A stretch of DNA of 64,000 nt from Dehalococcoidia bacterium (GCA_963667465.2 CAXXDN010000002.1:1664001-1728000), one strand, 5' to 3'. Positions 47,913 to 56,973 are shown, numbered from the stretch's first letter. Notes: generated by a model from the sequence alone, not told the origin. Numbers and translations are program-made.

Positions 47913-48277
47913 CGCTCGCCTCGCTTGCGCCTCTGGCGCCGCCGGCGCACGAAGTCGATGAACTCCTGGATCGACTGCACGTCCTCATCGGGCAGGTCGT
48001 CGACGGCGTCACGGAACGAGACCTCCGCCTCCTTGCGTAGCTCCGAGATGACGACGTCCCGGCCTTCCAGTTCGCGTACGCCGGTGCCGCAGTGGAAGGC
48101 GATCTCAACGAGGTTGTCGTGGACCGGCTTCATGCGGCCCGCCTCCCAGGCCCAGGCGGTGTTCGAGGCGACCCCGACGAGGCCGGCCAGTTCTTTCTGG
48201 GTCAGGCCCGCGCCCATGCGCGCCGCGCGGATCCGGGCGCCGAGTGCCTTCCAGCGGTAGCCCTGGTCATCGGCCAT
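47909..48277 (-). CDS. ImmR-like XRE repressor
   Basis: IRAAR..GLTQKELAGLVGV..WEAG. Confidence 0.85.
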   Translation of the reverse strand: MADDQGYRWKALGARIRAARMGAGLTQKELAGLVGVASNTAWAWEAGRMKPVHDNLVEIAFHCGTGVRELEGRDVVISELRKEAEVSFRDAVDDLPDEDVQSIQEFIDFVRRRRQRRKRGER

Positions 48278-48325
48278 GGCACGCAACTCCTGTTCATTGC
48301 TGCGGATCCCCGGCGTCGTTCCGTC

Positions 48326-48355
48326 TTGACACCGACTCTGTGTATACATAGAGTC
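48326..48355 (+). promoter_or_regulatory. Sigma70-like promoter overlapped by a 22-bp palindromic operator
   Basis: TTGACA-17-TAGAGT; GACTCTGTGTATACATAGAGTC. Confidence 0.7.
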
Positions 48356-48398
48356 TACACCTCTAAGCAGAGAACGCCAACGAGGAGTCCCGCAGCCC

Positions 48399-48644
48399 AT
48401 GCGACACCCGGCACGACCCGTGGCCATGCTCAGGCAGGAGGCGTTCTGGCAGCGCCTGAACGTGCTCGGGCGCTCGCAGAACTGGGTCGCGCGCGAGGCC
48501 GGCATCAGTCGCGGCTACCTCTCCATGCTCGCCAATGGCAAGCGCGCGGCCTCCGGTCGCGTCAGGCGCGGGCTGATGCGGATCCTCGAGGTGGAGGACG
48601 TTCATGAGCTGTTCTTCTTCAGGCCACCGCCAGACGAGGCATGA
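48399..48644 (+). CDS. Cro-like XRE HTH protein
   Basis: SQNWVAREAGISRGYLSML. Confidence 0.8.
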   Translation: MRHPARPVAMLRQEAFWQRLNVLGRSQNWVAREAGISRGYLSMLANGKRAASGRVRRGLMRILEVEDVHELFFFRPPPDEA

Positions 48645-48681
48645 GGTCGCTCCGCGCCTGTCGCACTACGCTGGCGGCCCC

Positions 48682-48954
48682 GTGATCGCTGGCCAGCCTG
48701 TGCCCTTCGGCAACGGCGCGCTGCCGCCGGATTTCTCCGCGCGCGTCGACCGCCTGAAGCGGGCCAGCGGCCTCACCTGGGACGCCTTCGCCGAGGCGCT
48801 GGGAGTGGAGGCGAAGCAGGTGCTGCGCTGGCGCCGGGGCACGGAGCCGTGCGGCGGGGCCCACCACGCCCTCGTCAGGCTGGCGCGCTGGATTCCGGGC
48901 GGGCTCGACATCCTCATGGGCGAGGACTTCCTCCCCCGACGCGGGGAGGGCTGA
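48682..48954 (+). CDS. XRE HTH protein
   Basis: DF..RLKRASGLTW..AEALGV..RWRRG; start uncertain. Confidence 0.7.
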   Translation: MIAGQPVPFGNGALPPDFSARVDRLKRASGLTWDAFAEALGVEAKQVLRWRRGTEPCGGAHHALVRLARWIPGGLDILMGEDFLPRRGEG

Positions 48955-48958
48955 GGCC

Positions 48959-49222
48959 GTGCCGCGCCAGCGCCCTCGCTCCCCGCGCGCCGCCTACGAC
49001 GTGCCCGGCGACTTCGCCGGAGCGTTCGAGCGCCTGAAGGAGGCGTCCGGCCTGACGTGGACGGAGCTGGCCCGTCGGCTCGGCACGACCGACTCCAACC
49101 TGTGGCGCTGGCGCAACGGCGTGCTTCCGAATACCCGCAATCTCCTCGCACTCCAGGATCTCGCGCGCCGCCTTGGCCTCGAACACTTGCTGCCCACGGC
49201 GAGCGCCCGCGAGCGCTGGTAG
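48959..49222 (+). CDS. XRE HTH protein (paralog of preceding gene)
   Basis: DF..RLKEASGLTW.ELARRLG..RWRNG. Confidence 0.75.
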   Translation: MPRQRPRSPRAAYDVPGDFAGAFERLKEASGLTWTELARRLGTTDSNLWRWRNGVLPNTRNLLALQDLARRLGLEHLLPTASARERW

Positions 49223-49367
49223 AACCGGTCGTCATGCCCGCCAACGCCGGCGTCCCGCACCACTGCATCCGTGCAGTGCCCTTCGGGGGATTACGGAACC
49301 ACCTCCCGTCCGGCCACGATCGAAGCGGCAGCACGCGTTCCGTGCGCGAACGCTACGGGAGTGGCCC

Positions 49368-49577
49368 GTGTCGAGCAGTAACGAGCACCCACTGGCCGGC
49401 CCGGCCACCGATGATGACCCCACGTCGTCCCGGATACGGGTCAGGTGGAAGTCTGGACCGCGGACGCGCGCCTGGGACGAGCTGTGGCGCTGGCTGCTCG
49501 CTCCCGACGAACTCCTTCCCCCTCGCTCCGAGGGAGCGTCCGCAAGCGGTGAGCGGGAACGGCGCCGAGGACGCTGA
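49368..49577 (+). CDS. Small protein upstream of the integrase (directionality-factor candidate)
   Basis: GGGAG RBS, AWDELWRWLL; position. Confidence 0.45.
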   Translation: MSSSNEHPLAGPATDDDPTSSRIRVRWKSGPRTRAWDELWRWLLAPDELLPPRSEGASASGERERRRGR

Positions 49578-49691
49578 CCAGCGCCCCTCTCCCCGGCTCC
49601 CGCCTTCTACCCGGCCGTTTCGCTTGCCTCGACCGGTAGGCTGGAACGAGCGATGCCGATGACTCACATCCCCGACCCGACGGAGACTGCT

Positions 49692-51254
49692 ATGCGAGCA
49701 ATCATCTACTCCCGCGTCTCGACCGACGCCCAGGAACGCGACGGAACCTCGCTCGATACGCAGGAGCGCGCCCGCGACGAGGTGGCCGCCGACCGCGGCT
49801 GGCGTGTGGTGCGCCGTATCCGCGAAGCCGCGAGCGGCGGGATGCTCGAACGTGACGGCCTCGACGAGTTGCGGGAGGCGCTGCGAAGGGGAGAAGCGGA
49901 GGTGGTCGTCGCCTTTGCCGTTGACCGCCTCTCACGCAGCCAGAACCACATCGGCATCCTCTTCGACGAGTTCGAGCGCGCTGGCGTGCGCCTGGAGTTC
50001 GTGACCGAGCGCTTCGAGGACACGGCCGTGGGGCGCTTCATCCTCGCCGCGCGCGCGTTCATCGCCGAGGTCGAGCGGGAGAAGATCGCCGAGCGCACGA
50101 TGCGCGGCAAGGAGGAGCGGGCGCGCAGCGGGCGCCTCCCGCAGGCGTTCGGGCGCGGCTGCTATGGATACACCTACAACGCCGGCACCGGTCGCCGCGA
50201 GGTTGAGCCGTTCCAGGCTGCGGTCGTCCGGCGCATCTTCGAGCGCTACGCCGCAACCCGCAGCTTCTCGGCCGTCTCCAACGAGCTCAACGAGGCCGGC
50301 ATCCCCGCGTTCTCAGGGGGGCGCTGGTACCCGATCACCGTCCGTCGGTCGCTACTCAACGAGGCCTACATCGGCCGCACGGTGTACCGACGGACAAAGC
50401 GCGTTCGGGTGCCGGCCGCCGGGAGGCGCAGGCGGACGCGTGTCGTCGAGCGGCCCGAGGAGGAGCGGATCGAGATTCCGGACGCCACGCCAGCAATCAT
50501 CGAGCACGACCTGTGGGAGCGCGTCCAGGCGATCCTGAACGACCCCGAGCGCACGAAACGGCGTTCCACGCCGAAGCGAGACTACGTGCTGCGCGGCCGT
50601 CTGCGCTGCGGCGTTTGTCGCAGCGCGATGGTGGGACACACGCTCAGCGCCAAGGGCAAGAGCTACGCGTACTATCGCTGCCGTCACGCCTACGCTCGCA
50701 ACACGGGCCACCACTGTACGGCTCGCTACGTCCCGGCGGAGGCGCTGGAGCAAGAGATCCACGCCGAGGTGCGCAAGGTGCTTACCGCCCCGGAAGTCGT
50801 CCTGAGCGAACTACGACAGCAGGGCGGGTCGGACGCCGACAGTGAAGCGCGCGAGGGCCTTGAGGCGGAACTGGCGGCGCTCCAGAGGCGCGAGGAGCGC
50901 CTTGTGCGGCTCTTCGGCTACGACGAGGTCGACGGCGACGTGGTCCGCGCGCAGTTCCGCGAGGTGCAGCAGCGGCGGGCGATGCTCAACGGCGAGTTGG
51001 CCTCGCTCACAAGCGCCCGAACGCCGCTGGGTGAGGATGTTGATGAAGGGCTCCTTCATGAAGCGTGTGCAGCCATTGCCGCGCGACTCGATGAAGCCGG
51101 ACCGGCGAATCAACAGGTCGTGCTCGAGGCGATGCAGGTGAACGCCACCGCGACCCGCGAAGAAGTGACGATCGAGGGGATTCTGCCGCTCAAACCCGCA
51201 GAATCTGCTCAATCCTGCACTGAGTTTAAGACCATTGAACAAACATCGGTATGA
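49692..51254 (+). CDS. Large serine recombinase (integrase)
   Basis: YSRVST catalytic Ser, DRLSR, recombinase domain, CGVC..YYRC zinc ribbon, coiled coil. Confidence 0.95.
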   Translation: MRAIIYSRVSTDAQERDGTSLDTQERARDEVAADRGWRVVRRIREAASGGMLERDGLDELREALRRGEAEVVVAFAVDRLSRSQNHIGILFDEFERAGVRLEFVTERFEDTAVGRFILAARAFIAEVEREKIAERTMRGKEERARSGRLPQAFGRGCYGYTYNAGTGRREVEPFQAAVVRRIFERYAATRSFSAVSNELNEAGIPAFSGGRWYPITVRRSLLNEAYIGRTVYRRTKRVRVPAAGRRRRTRVVERPEEERIEIPDATPAIIEHDLWERVQAILNDPERTKRRSTPKRDYVLRGRLRCGVCRSAMVGHTLSAKGKSYAYYRCRHAYARNTGHHCTARYVPAEALEQEIHAEVRKVLTAPEVVLSELRQQGGSDADSEAREGLEAELAALQRREERLVRLFGYDEVDGDVVRAQFREVQQRRAMLNGELASLTSARTPLGEDVDEGLLHEACAAIAARLDEAGPANQQVVLEAMQVNATATREEVTIEGILPLKPAESAQSCTEFKTIEQTSV

Positions 51255-51310
51255 AGCTCCGGTCGTGCGAAAAAGGGTGCGCCAGGTTGTACCTGGCGCT
51301 CTCGTTCTGA
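51231..51310 (+). repeat. Candidate attR plus copy 1 of the 60-bp direct repeat with hairpin
   Basis: ACCA-N7-AACA-TCGGT-ATG; 51251-51310 matches 60248-60307 at 57/60. Confidence 0.75.
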
Positions 51311-51413
51311 CGTCCGTCACGCCCGGCGCTCATGATCAGTCCTCGTGCGACTCCTGCAGCCACACCTTCCACGTGGGCTTGGGTGCTCGTGTGCCTGAGC
51401 CGCCTTCGAGAGC

Positions 51414-51584
51414 CTAGCCTTTGTCGCGTTGGAGAAGCCTAGTGCAGTTGGAGCAGACTGGCTTGTCGCCGCTGCCCTCGATGCGTCGCGCCAGCGACAC
51501 GGTCTTCCAATCTGGGCATTCAGTGCTGATGTGGTGCGTGAATCCGCCTGCTGCGTGCATAGGGTTCATCCTCATCACAGCCAT
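51414..51584 (-). CDS. Small His/Cys putative Zn-binding protein
   Basis: HH...C..CSNC; start uncertain. Confidence 0.4.
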   Translation of the reverse strand: MAVMRMNPMHAAGGFTHHISTECPDWKTVSLARRIEGSGDKPVCSNCTRLLQRDKG

Positions 51585-51796
51585 CCTTTCGTCGGCCCAG
51601 CGGGCCTGTGTTGAGGGAAGCGCTCCCGTCTCGCACCGGACGCAGGCGCTGGCTCTCATGCGGGAGTGCCAGATCCTGTTCGCCAACGAACGCGAGGTCC
51701 AGTTTCTTGTGACGCTCTTTGGCCGATCGTGCCCGTGTCAACTCTGGGCACGCTGCATGGGGAGTGCGATTGTAGGCCACACGGCCGGCCTGCGCG

Positions 51797-52513
51797 TTAT
51801 GAGCCTGCCCTCTGCTCCCACCTCTTGAGCAAGCTGCCCCTGTCCCTGATGGGACCCCAGTCGAGGCCTCTGAAGCTGCGGTCGGCATTGATCCGCTCGA
51901 TGATGTCGCGCAGCACCGCAACGCCCGCCTGGGACCAACCGTTAGCCAGGGCCCACGGGACTATTTCGTCGGCGTTGAGATCATGATCCCACCGCCTGAG
52001 GTACTGAAGTCTGCGTATAGCGTCAGTCCGGTCTCGACCTGTTGCAAGGTCGTTTGCCAAGTTGACGACAGTTGTGATGTCCTCCATGGCGGCTAGTACA
52101 ACGCCGTCCCTGATGCCCGGAACGAGAGGCTCACTGGCGGGCGCAGTGACGTCTCGGGCCCCGCGAGCTGTTAGCCAATCCCGACAGCTGTCTTCCACCC
52201 ACTTCAGGATGCATACGGAGGTAATGCGCTCGGACCAGCGATCGATGCACTCAAGAACCTTGTCATCGGACCAAGGAGCGAGCACGGGACCACCCGGCCA
52301 GTCGTGAGGCGGGAAATTCCTCGGGATGCTCCACCGCACACCACTCGACGTGAGCGCGCGGATTACATCGTTCGATGACGCCTGCCTAGTCGTCGGCACA
52401 AGAATGAATGCAATGCCCTCGCGCGCATGCTCGGCGAGCCACCGCCTTCCCAGTTCGGCGGCCTGAGGGCTGCCGCCGAGCGCTTGGACGTGTGGAACGT
52501 AGTACACGAGCAC
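51797..52513 (-). CDS. Hypothetical protein
   Basis: GGAGG RBS, globular-looking 238 aa. Confidence 0.7.
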   Translation of the reverse strand: MLVYYVPHVQALGGSPQAAELGRRWLAEHAREGIAFILVPTTRQASSNDVIRALTSSGVRWSIPRNFPPHDWPGGPVLAPWSDDKVLECIDRWSERITSVCILKWVEDSCRDWLTARGARDVTAPASEPLVPGIRDGVVLAAMEDITTVVNLANDLATGRDRTDAIRRLQYLRRWDHDLNADEIVPWALANGWSQAGVAVLRDIIERINADRSFRGLDWGPIRDRGSLLKRWEQRAGS

Positions 52514-52672
52514 CTGATACCTCCCGACCTATCCAGTTGCGGGTGTGCGGTCACAAGTCGCGTTCGGAGCGCTCACCGTGCTCTGCAGGGAGCGGACCCG
52601 CGCAGAACCAGAAACATGGGCCACTAAGTGCCAGGCCGGAGGAACTGATGGTCCCTGAGACTGGCTTCCCCT

Positions 52673-53251
52673 CTATCGTGGTGCAACTCGCTTGCGCTTC
52701 CGCGCCGCGTTCTGTCTCGCCACCCCGGTGACGTTCAAACGGTACCGCGCCATGGTCTCACTGACGCCGTGACGCTTTGCGATATCGCTTGCGGTCGCCC
52801 CTCGACGGATCTCCGCAAGGAGTAGCGGTCGAGGAAGGAGAAGGCACCCAGACAACCAGGCTGCCTCCTCCTCCTGAACAGGATCACAAGAGAGGAAGGT
52901 GACGTCGCCGAGCGTTTCGATTCGGCTCAGGTCGTGGTCGAGCAGGATGTGCCCGAGTTCGTGCGCAAGGTCACTCGCCCGGCGGGGGGGCGCAGACAGG
53001 GGATTGAACACGATCACTACGCGATCGTCTGAAGGACGGAACGTGCAGGCTGAGAACGCATCGGGCTGTAGCTCATCGAGGGCAACGAATCGGCTGCGCG
53101 GGATCAAGTCCTCTCCCGATCGGACCTCGACACCGAGGAGTTCCGCTAGGGCCTCGGGCGTGACCGGGTCAGCAGCCGCCAACCCGAGGTCCACCCTCAC
53201 GCTCTTCGCGATCCTCTCCGCTTCTGACTTGAACCCCCTACGAAGCGCCAT
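52673..53251 (-). CDS. ImmA/IrrE (CapP-like) metallopeptidase
   Basis: MALRRGFK.EAE, LAHELGHILL.H, QEEEAAW. Confidence 0.9.
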   Translation of the reverse strand: MALRRGFKSEAERIAKSVRVDLGLAAADPVTPEALAELLGVEVRSGEDLIPRSRFVALDELQPDAFSACTFRPSDDRVVIVFNPLSAPPRRASDLAHELGHILLDHDLSRIETLGDVTFLSCDPVQEEEAAWLSGCLLLPRPLLLAEIRRGATASDIAKRHGVSETMARYRLNVTGVARQNAARKRKRVAPR

Positions 53252-53708
53252 CCTGTGATTCCCTCAAGAGCGCCTCGTGCAGGTCGTTCACCAGTTCCCC
53301 GAGGGTGTGAGCAGCGTCGGGCCTGAACGTCTTCGCTGCCCTCAGATGCACCGCCGCGACTCTTTCAGGACGGGCCAACGCCGCGTAGAGGTCCTTTACG
53401 ATCCCTGCGATTCGATCAGCCGCATCCGGGGGAAGATTGCGATCCGAGCGAAGGTGCTCCGCGATCACGTCAGTGGTCACCGCAGCTTTCTCGAGGGGCT
53501 CGAAGAACTCGGCGATGTCCGCCCCACACCACTCGACGAGACGCTTGAACTTCGGTAGGTCCGGTACGTGGCCTTTCTCGACTCGGGCCAGGGTGTTGAA
53601 CGGAATCCCGACGGTGTCGGCGGCCTCGCGGAGACTCATTCCGCGCCGGTTCCGCTCGGCCGCGACGAGCCGTCCTAGGTCACCGAGGTCGCGGTTGCCA
53701 GCCGCCAC
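53238..53708 (-). CDS. XRE HTH regulator (CapH-like)
   Basis: SLREAADTVGI..TLARVEKG; C-terminal VHLRA; overlaps the peptidase gene. Confidence 0.85.
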   Translation of the reverse strand: MAAGNRDLGDLGRLVAAERNRRGMSLREAADTVGIPFNTLARVEKGHVPDLPKFKRLVEWCGADIAEFFEPLEKAAVTTDVIAEHLRSDRNLPPDAADRIAGIVKDLYAALARPERVAAVHLRAAKTFRPDAAHTLGELVNDLHEALLRESQDGAS

Positions 53709-53751
53709 ACGTCCCCCTGTGCGTAAAGTGGTACGCCGCACCAAGCGCAGT

Positions 53752-53804
53752 TTGACACAACTGGCCGCCGCGCGCTAGGTTGGTGCTGTACCGATTACGG
53801 TACA
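53752..53804 (+). promoter_or_regulatory. Promoter and palindromic operator for the Ubl operon
   Basis: TTGACA-18-TAGGTT followed by TGTACCG-ATTA-CGGTACA. Confidence 0.55.
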
Positions 53805-53837
53805 CCAGTGCACAAGTGGTTCAGAGGAGGATCCGCG

Positions 53838-54089
53838 ATGCCTGACGACAAGGACAAGATCACGATCATTGTGAACGGCCGCGAGCGGATCGTCACGTCG
53901 GACGAGCTCTCGTTCAGCGAAGTGCTCGCACTCGCCTTCGACCCGTTGCCTTCGGGTCCGAACTGGGAGTTCACCGTCACCTACCGTAACGGCGCTGGCC
54001 GCCCGCCCGATGGTCGGCTCCGCCCCGGCGGTCAGGTCAAGGTCGAGGACGGAACCGTCTTCAATGCCACCGCAACTGATAAGTCGTAG
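53838..54089 (+). CDS. Ubiquitin-like beta-grasp (multiubiquitin-family) protein
   Basis: IIVNGR..LSF.EV..LAF..TVTY..G..VKV.DG.VFNAT.TDKS; GAGGAGG RBS. Confidence 0.85.
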   Translation: MPDDKDKITIIVNGRERIVTSDELSFSEVLALAFDPLPSGPNWEFTVTYRNGAGRPPDGRLRPGGQVKVEDGTVFNATATDKS

Positions 54090-55236
54090 CCCCGATCTCC
54101 AGCGGCTCGCGGACGAGGGCTACGAAATCGAGGTGCGCGGCGGCCACCTCCTGCTGAAGCAAGTTCCCTACGTAACCGAGGAGCGTGTCGTCGAGCGCGC
54201 CACTCTCGTCTCCCCACTCGACCTCGCAGGGGATGTCGCTGCCCGCCCGAGCAGTCATGTCGTGATGTTTACTGGGCGGGCACCGTGCAACAGCGACGGG
54301 AAGCCTCTAAGCAACATCATTCATTCTGCTGGTCAGTGGGACCTGGGCGGCGGCCTGGTCGCTCGGCACAAGTTCTCAAGCAAGCCGGCAGCCGGCTACG
54401 CGGACTACTACGCGAAGATGTCGACGTACGCGGAAATCCTGTCCGGCTACGCGCAGGCCATCGACCCTGCAGCGACGGCTCGGACGTTCATTGTGGTCCC
54501 CGAGGAGGACACAAACTCGGTGTTCCAGTACGTCGATACAGCGTCGAGCCGGTCCGAAATCGCTGCGATCACAGAGAAGCTCACGCTCGCTGCGGTAGCG
54601 ATCGTTGGGCTCGGGGGCACGGGATCGTACATTCTCGATCTCGTCGCGAAGACGCCGGTCGGCGAGATCCACCTCTTCGACGGCGACGTCTTTGGCCAGC
54701 ACAACGCCTTCCGGGCTCCCGGCGCGCCATCGGTCAACGTACTCAGGGCACGACCCAGGAAGTCCGACTACCTCCGCAGCATCTATTCCAACATGCACCG
54801 CAACATCATCGGTCACGGCTACCTCGATCAGGGCACAACCGACATTCTGTCATCCATGGACTTCGCGTTCGTGGCCGTGGATGACGCCGATGCCAGGAGG
54901 CTGGCGGTCGAGACGCTGCTGGGCGCCGGCGTACGGTTCGTCGATGTGGGGATGGGTGTTAGCGAGGTTGACGGGGCGTTGCTCGGGCAGTTGCGAGTCA
55001 CGTCTGCGACGCCGGACGACCGCGATCACGTTCTCTCGACGATCCCACTTATGCCCCCACCCGGGGATGACGACTATTCGCAGAATATCCAGATCGCGGA
55101 CCTCAACGCGCTGAACGCCGCCCTCGCCGTCCTTAAGTGGAAGAAGCTCATGGGGTTCTACCTGGATCTGGGACAGGAGCACTCCAGCTGGTACCAGATT
55201 GACGGCAACCACCTGGTCAATGAAGCGCGAGCATGA
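54064..55236 (+). CDS. E2-like (DUF6791) + E1/ThiF adenylyltransferase fusion
   Basis: VPYV..PC..FSSKP..DYYAK, then IVGLGGTGSY, FDGD..HNAFR, AVD, DVGMG. Confidence 0.85.
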   Translation: MPPQLISRSPDLQRLADEGYEIEVRGGHLLLKQVPYVTEERVVERATLVSPLDLAGDVAARPSSHVVMFTGRAPCNSDGKPLSNIIHSAGQWDLGGGLVARHKFSSKPAAGYADYYAKMSTYAEILSGYAQAIDPAATARTFIVVPEEDTNSVFQYVDTASSRSEIAAITEKLTLAAVAIVGLGGTGSYILDLVAKTPVGEIHLFDGDVFGQHNAFRAPGAPSVNVLRARPRKSDYLRSIYSNMHRNIIGHGYLDQGTTDILSSMDFAFVAVDDADARRLAVETLLGAGVRFVDVGMGVSEVDGALLGQLRVTSATPDDRDHVLSTIPLMPPPGDDDYSQNIQIADLNALNAALAVLKWKKLMGFYLDLGQEHSSWYQIDGNHLVNEARA

Positions 55237-55598
55237 GCCGTAGAGCGGCCCTCGATCACGAGTTCGTCCATCACATCCCAGAGCATCTTGCCGATGGGGT
55301 GCTGTACGTCTCTGTCGCCTTCGCGACGGCCCTGCACAGGTGTTGCTGCGGATGCGGCAACGAGGTCGTGACCCCGCTCAGCGCACACGATTGGAGCCTG
55401 ACCTTTGACGGCGAGTCGATCTCTCTCTGCCCGTCGATAGGCAACTCGAGCTTCGAGTGCCAGTCGCACTACTACATCCGGCGCAACAAAGTCATCTGGC
55501 TGCGCTCCTTCGCGGAGACGGAGTCCGAGCCACGCCTGCCTCTCTGGCGGCGGATCGTGCCGAGGTGGCTGAAGGTGCCGAGAGCGGGTCGAGGGTGA
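55233..55598 (+). CDS. DUF6527-like Cys/His protein
   Basis: HRCCCGCG.EVVTPL..W..SL.PSIGN..CQSHYYI. Confidence 0.85.
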   Translation: MSRRAALDHEFVHHIPEHLADGVLYVSVAFATALHRCCCGCGNEVVTPLSAHDWSLTFDGESISLCPSIGNSSFECQSHYYIRRNKVIWLRSFAETESEPRLPLWRRIVPRWLKVPRAGRG

Positions 55599-55683
55599 CC
55601 CGCGCGAAACTCGGAGACACACGTTGAGGGTCGACCAGTGAGGCAACACTAGCCCGGCGGCCCGCAAGCTCAGGGTATGAACC

Positions 55684-56550
55684 ATGGCTGAAAACGCTGA
55701 ACCGCGACCACCCTTTCCTGCAGACTACGAATCCTCGCGCCGGCGAGTCACATTGGCGCTCGTCGCGTACCGCTACAACGACTTCGCGAGGCTGCACCAG
55801 ATGCTCACTTGGTGCGATCCGCGAGTCCCGCGCAACTGGTCAAGCTGGGCTCCCCTCTTCCTCCCGGCTGTGCTTCTCGTGATCATCGGGTCAGTACTCG
55901 ATCACGCACGTGTGACTGATGCGACGGAACTTGCAGCTGCACTCTTCCTGCTTGTCGGGATCCCCTTCTCGTACGCGTTCCTCGTTGGGTTTCCACTGGC
56001 TTGGCTACTGACGAGTGCGCTCAGCCCCCAAGTTAGAGCGTCCCTCGAGCGCCGAGTGCGTGAGTGCTTGGTGACGTTCTTCGATCTGTACGGCAAATCG
56101 ATCCCCACCGGAGACGGAAATCGAGGCTCGCTCACCGCATTGGGGGACGACCTAGGGCCCGTGAATCGGCCACGCCCGAGCCTATCGGCCTGGAGTAAAG
56201 CCTGGGTGCTCCTCATCGGCACCTCTGCGGTGTTCGTGCGCAGCTGGGTTGGAGACGGGAGCGATGCGGAATCGCTTACCGCGTTCGTTGAGGCATCGTC
56301 CTCGTCCTGGAGCATTCCTGCGCTCCTGATTGGGCTCTCGCTCATCGTCACCTCGCGCTTGGCCGAACAGGCAAACCGCGATCTCTATGAGGCTGAACTG
56401 CAACCCCCACTGAAGGAGCTGTCCGCAGAGTTCGGGAATGTGGCCGACTTGGCTCGATACCCCGGTTCTCTTGTGACCGACGTTGTCGGTGTGGCGGGGG
56501 TGGCCTTGGTCACAGCGGCGGTCGTGGCACTCGCCGCGAACCTAACGTAG
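55684..56550 (+). CDS. Multi-TM membrane protein
   Basis: About 5 hydrophobic segments; co-directional with the Ubl operon. Confidence 0.65.
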   Translation: MAENAEPRPPFPADYESSRRRVTLALVAYRYNDFARLHQMLTWCDPRVPRNWSSWAPLFLPAVLLVIIGSVLDHARVTDATELAAALFLLVGIPFSYAFLVGFPLAWLLTSALSPQVRASLERRVRECLVTFFDLYGKSIPTGDGNRGSLTALGDDLGPVNRPRPSLSAWSKAWVLLIGTSAVFVRSWVGDGSDAESLTAFVEASSSSWSIPALLIGLSLIVTSRLAEQANRDLYEAELQPPLKELSAEFGNVADLARYPGSLVTDVVGVAGVALVTAAVVALAANLT

Positions 56551-56733
56551 CGACGGTACACGCAGCCGGCGTGGCGAGAGCTCCACGACGGGACGCGCAT
56601 CACCCCTGGCGCGTGAGGTCCAACATCCTGAGCTGAACCCCGCCCTACGAGCTCGCGCGGGGGCAAGCCAGTGCGTGCCAGCTGGAGCAGGGTTTGCTAG
56701 CATCCACGCTAGAGGAAACGACGGGGAGGGTGC

Positions 56734-56964
56734 GTGCCTGAGCCACAGAACGTGACAGACGCCGAACCTGCCGAGGTTGGCCGCACGATGGCGAACCAGC
56801 TGCTAGCGTGGCGCCCAACAATGAACTCGGAAGATGTATCGAGAGCCATGATGCGTGCTCTTGAGCACTATTCCGCACGAACTGAAGGATCGTCTGAGTC
56901 AGGACTCCGAGGGATCATCTACCACTTGCAAGATGCCCTGGAACAGCGGCTGAAGTCCATCTAA
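56734..56964 (+). CDS. Small hypothetical protein
   Basis: GGAGGG RBS. Confidence 0.4.
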   Translation: MPEPQNVTDAEPAEVGRTMANQLLAWRPTMNSEDVSRAMMRALEHYSARTEGSSESGLRGIIYHLQDALEQRLKSI

Positions 56965-56973
56965 GGGGCAGGC

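Larger units (their letters stand above)
23886..51253. mobile_element. Integrative conjugative element (~27.4 kb), serine-recombinase type
   Basis: LSR, relaxase, T4CP, VirB4, pilins and leading-region genes, bounded by inverted att arms sharing ATG. Confidence 0.85.

Noticed and set aside
23886-51253. Prophage interpretation (primase, SSB, Rad52, repressor, integrase)
   Set aside because: No capsid, terminase or tail genes; a T4SS and relaxase are present
51251-51310. tRNA or tmRNA 3' end as integration target
   Set aside because: No T-loop (GTTC) or acceptor-stem/CCA pattern on either strand
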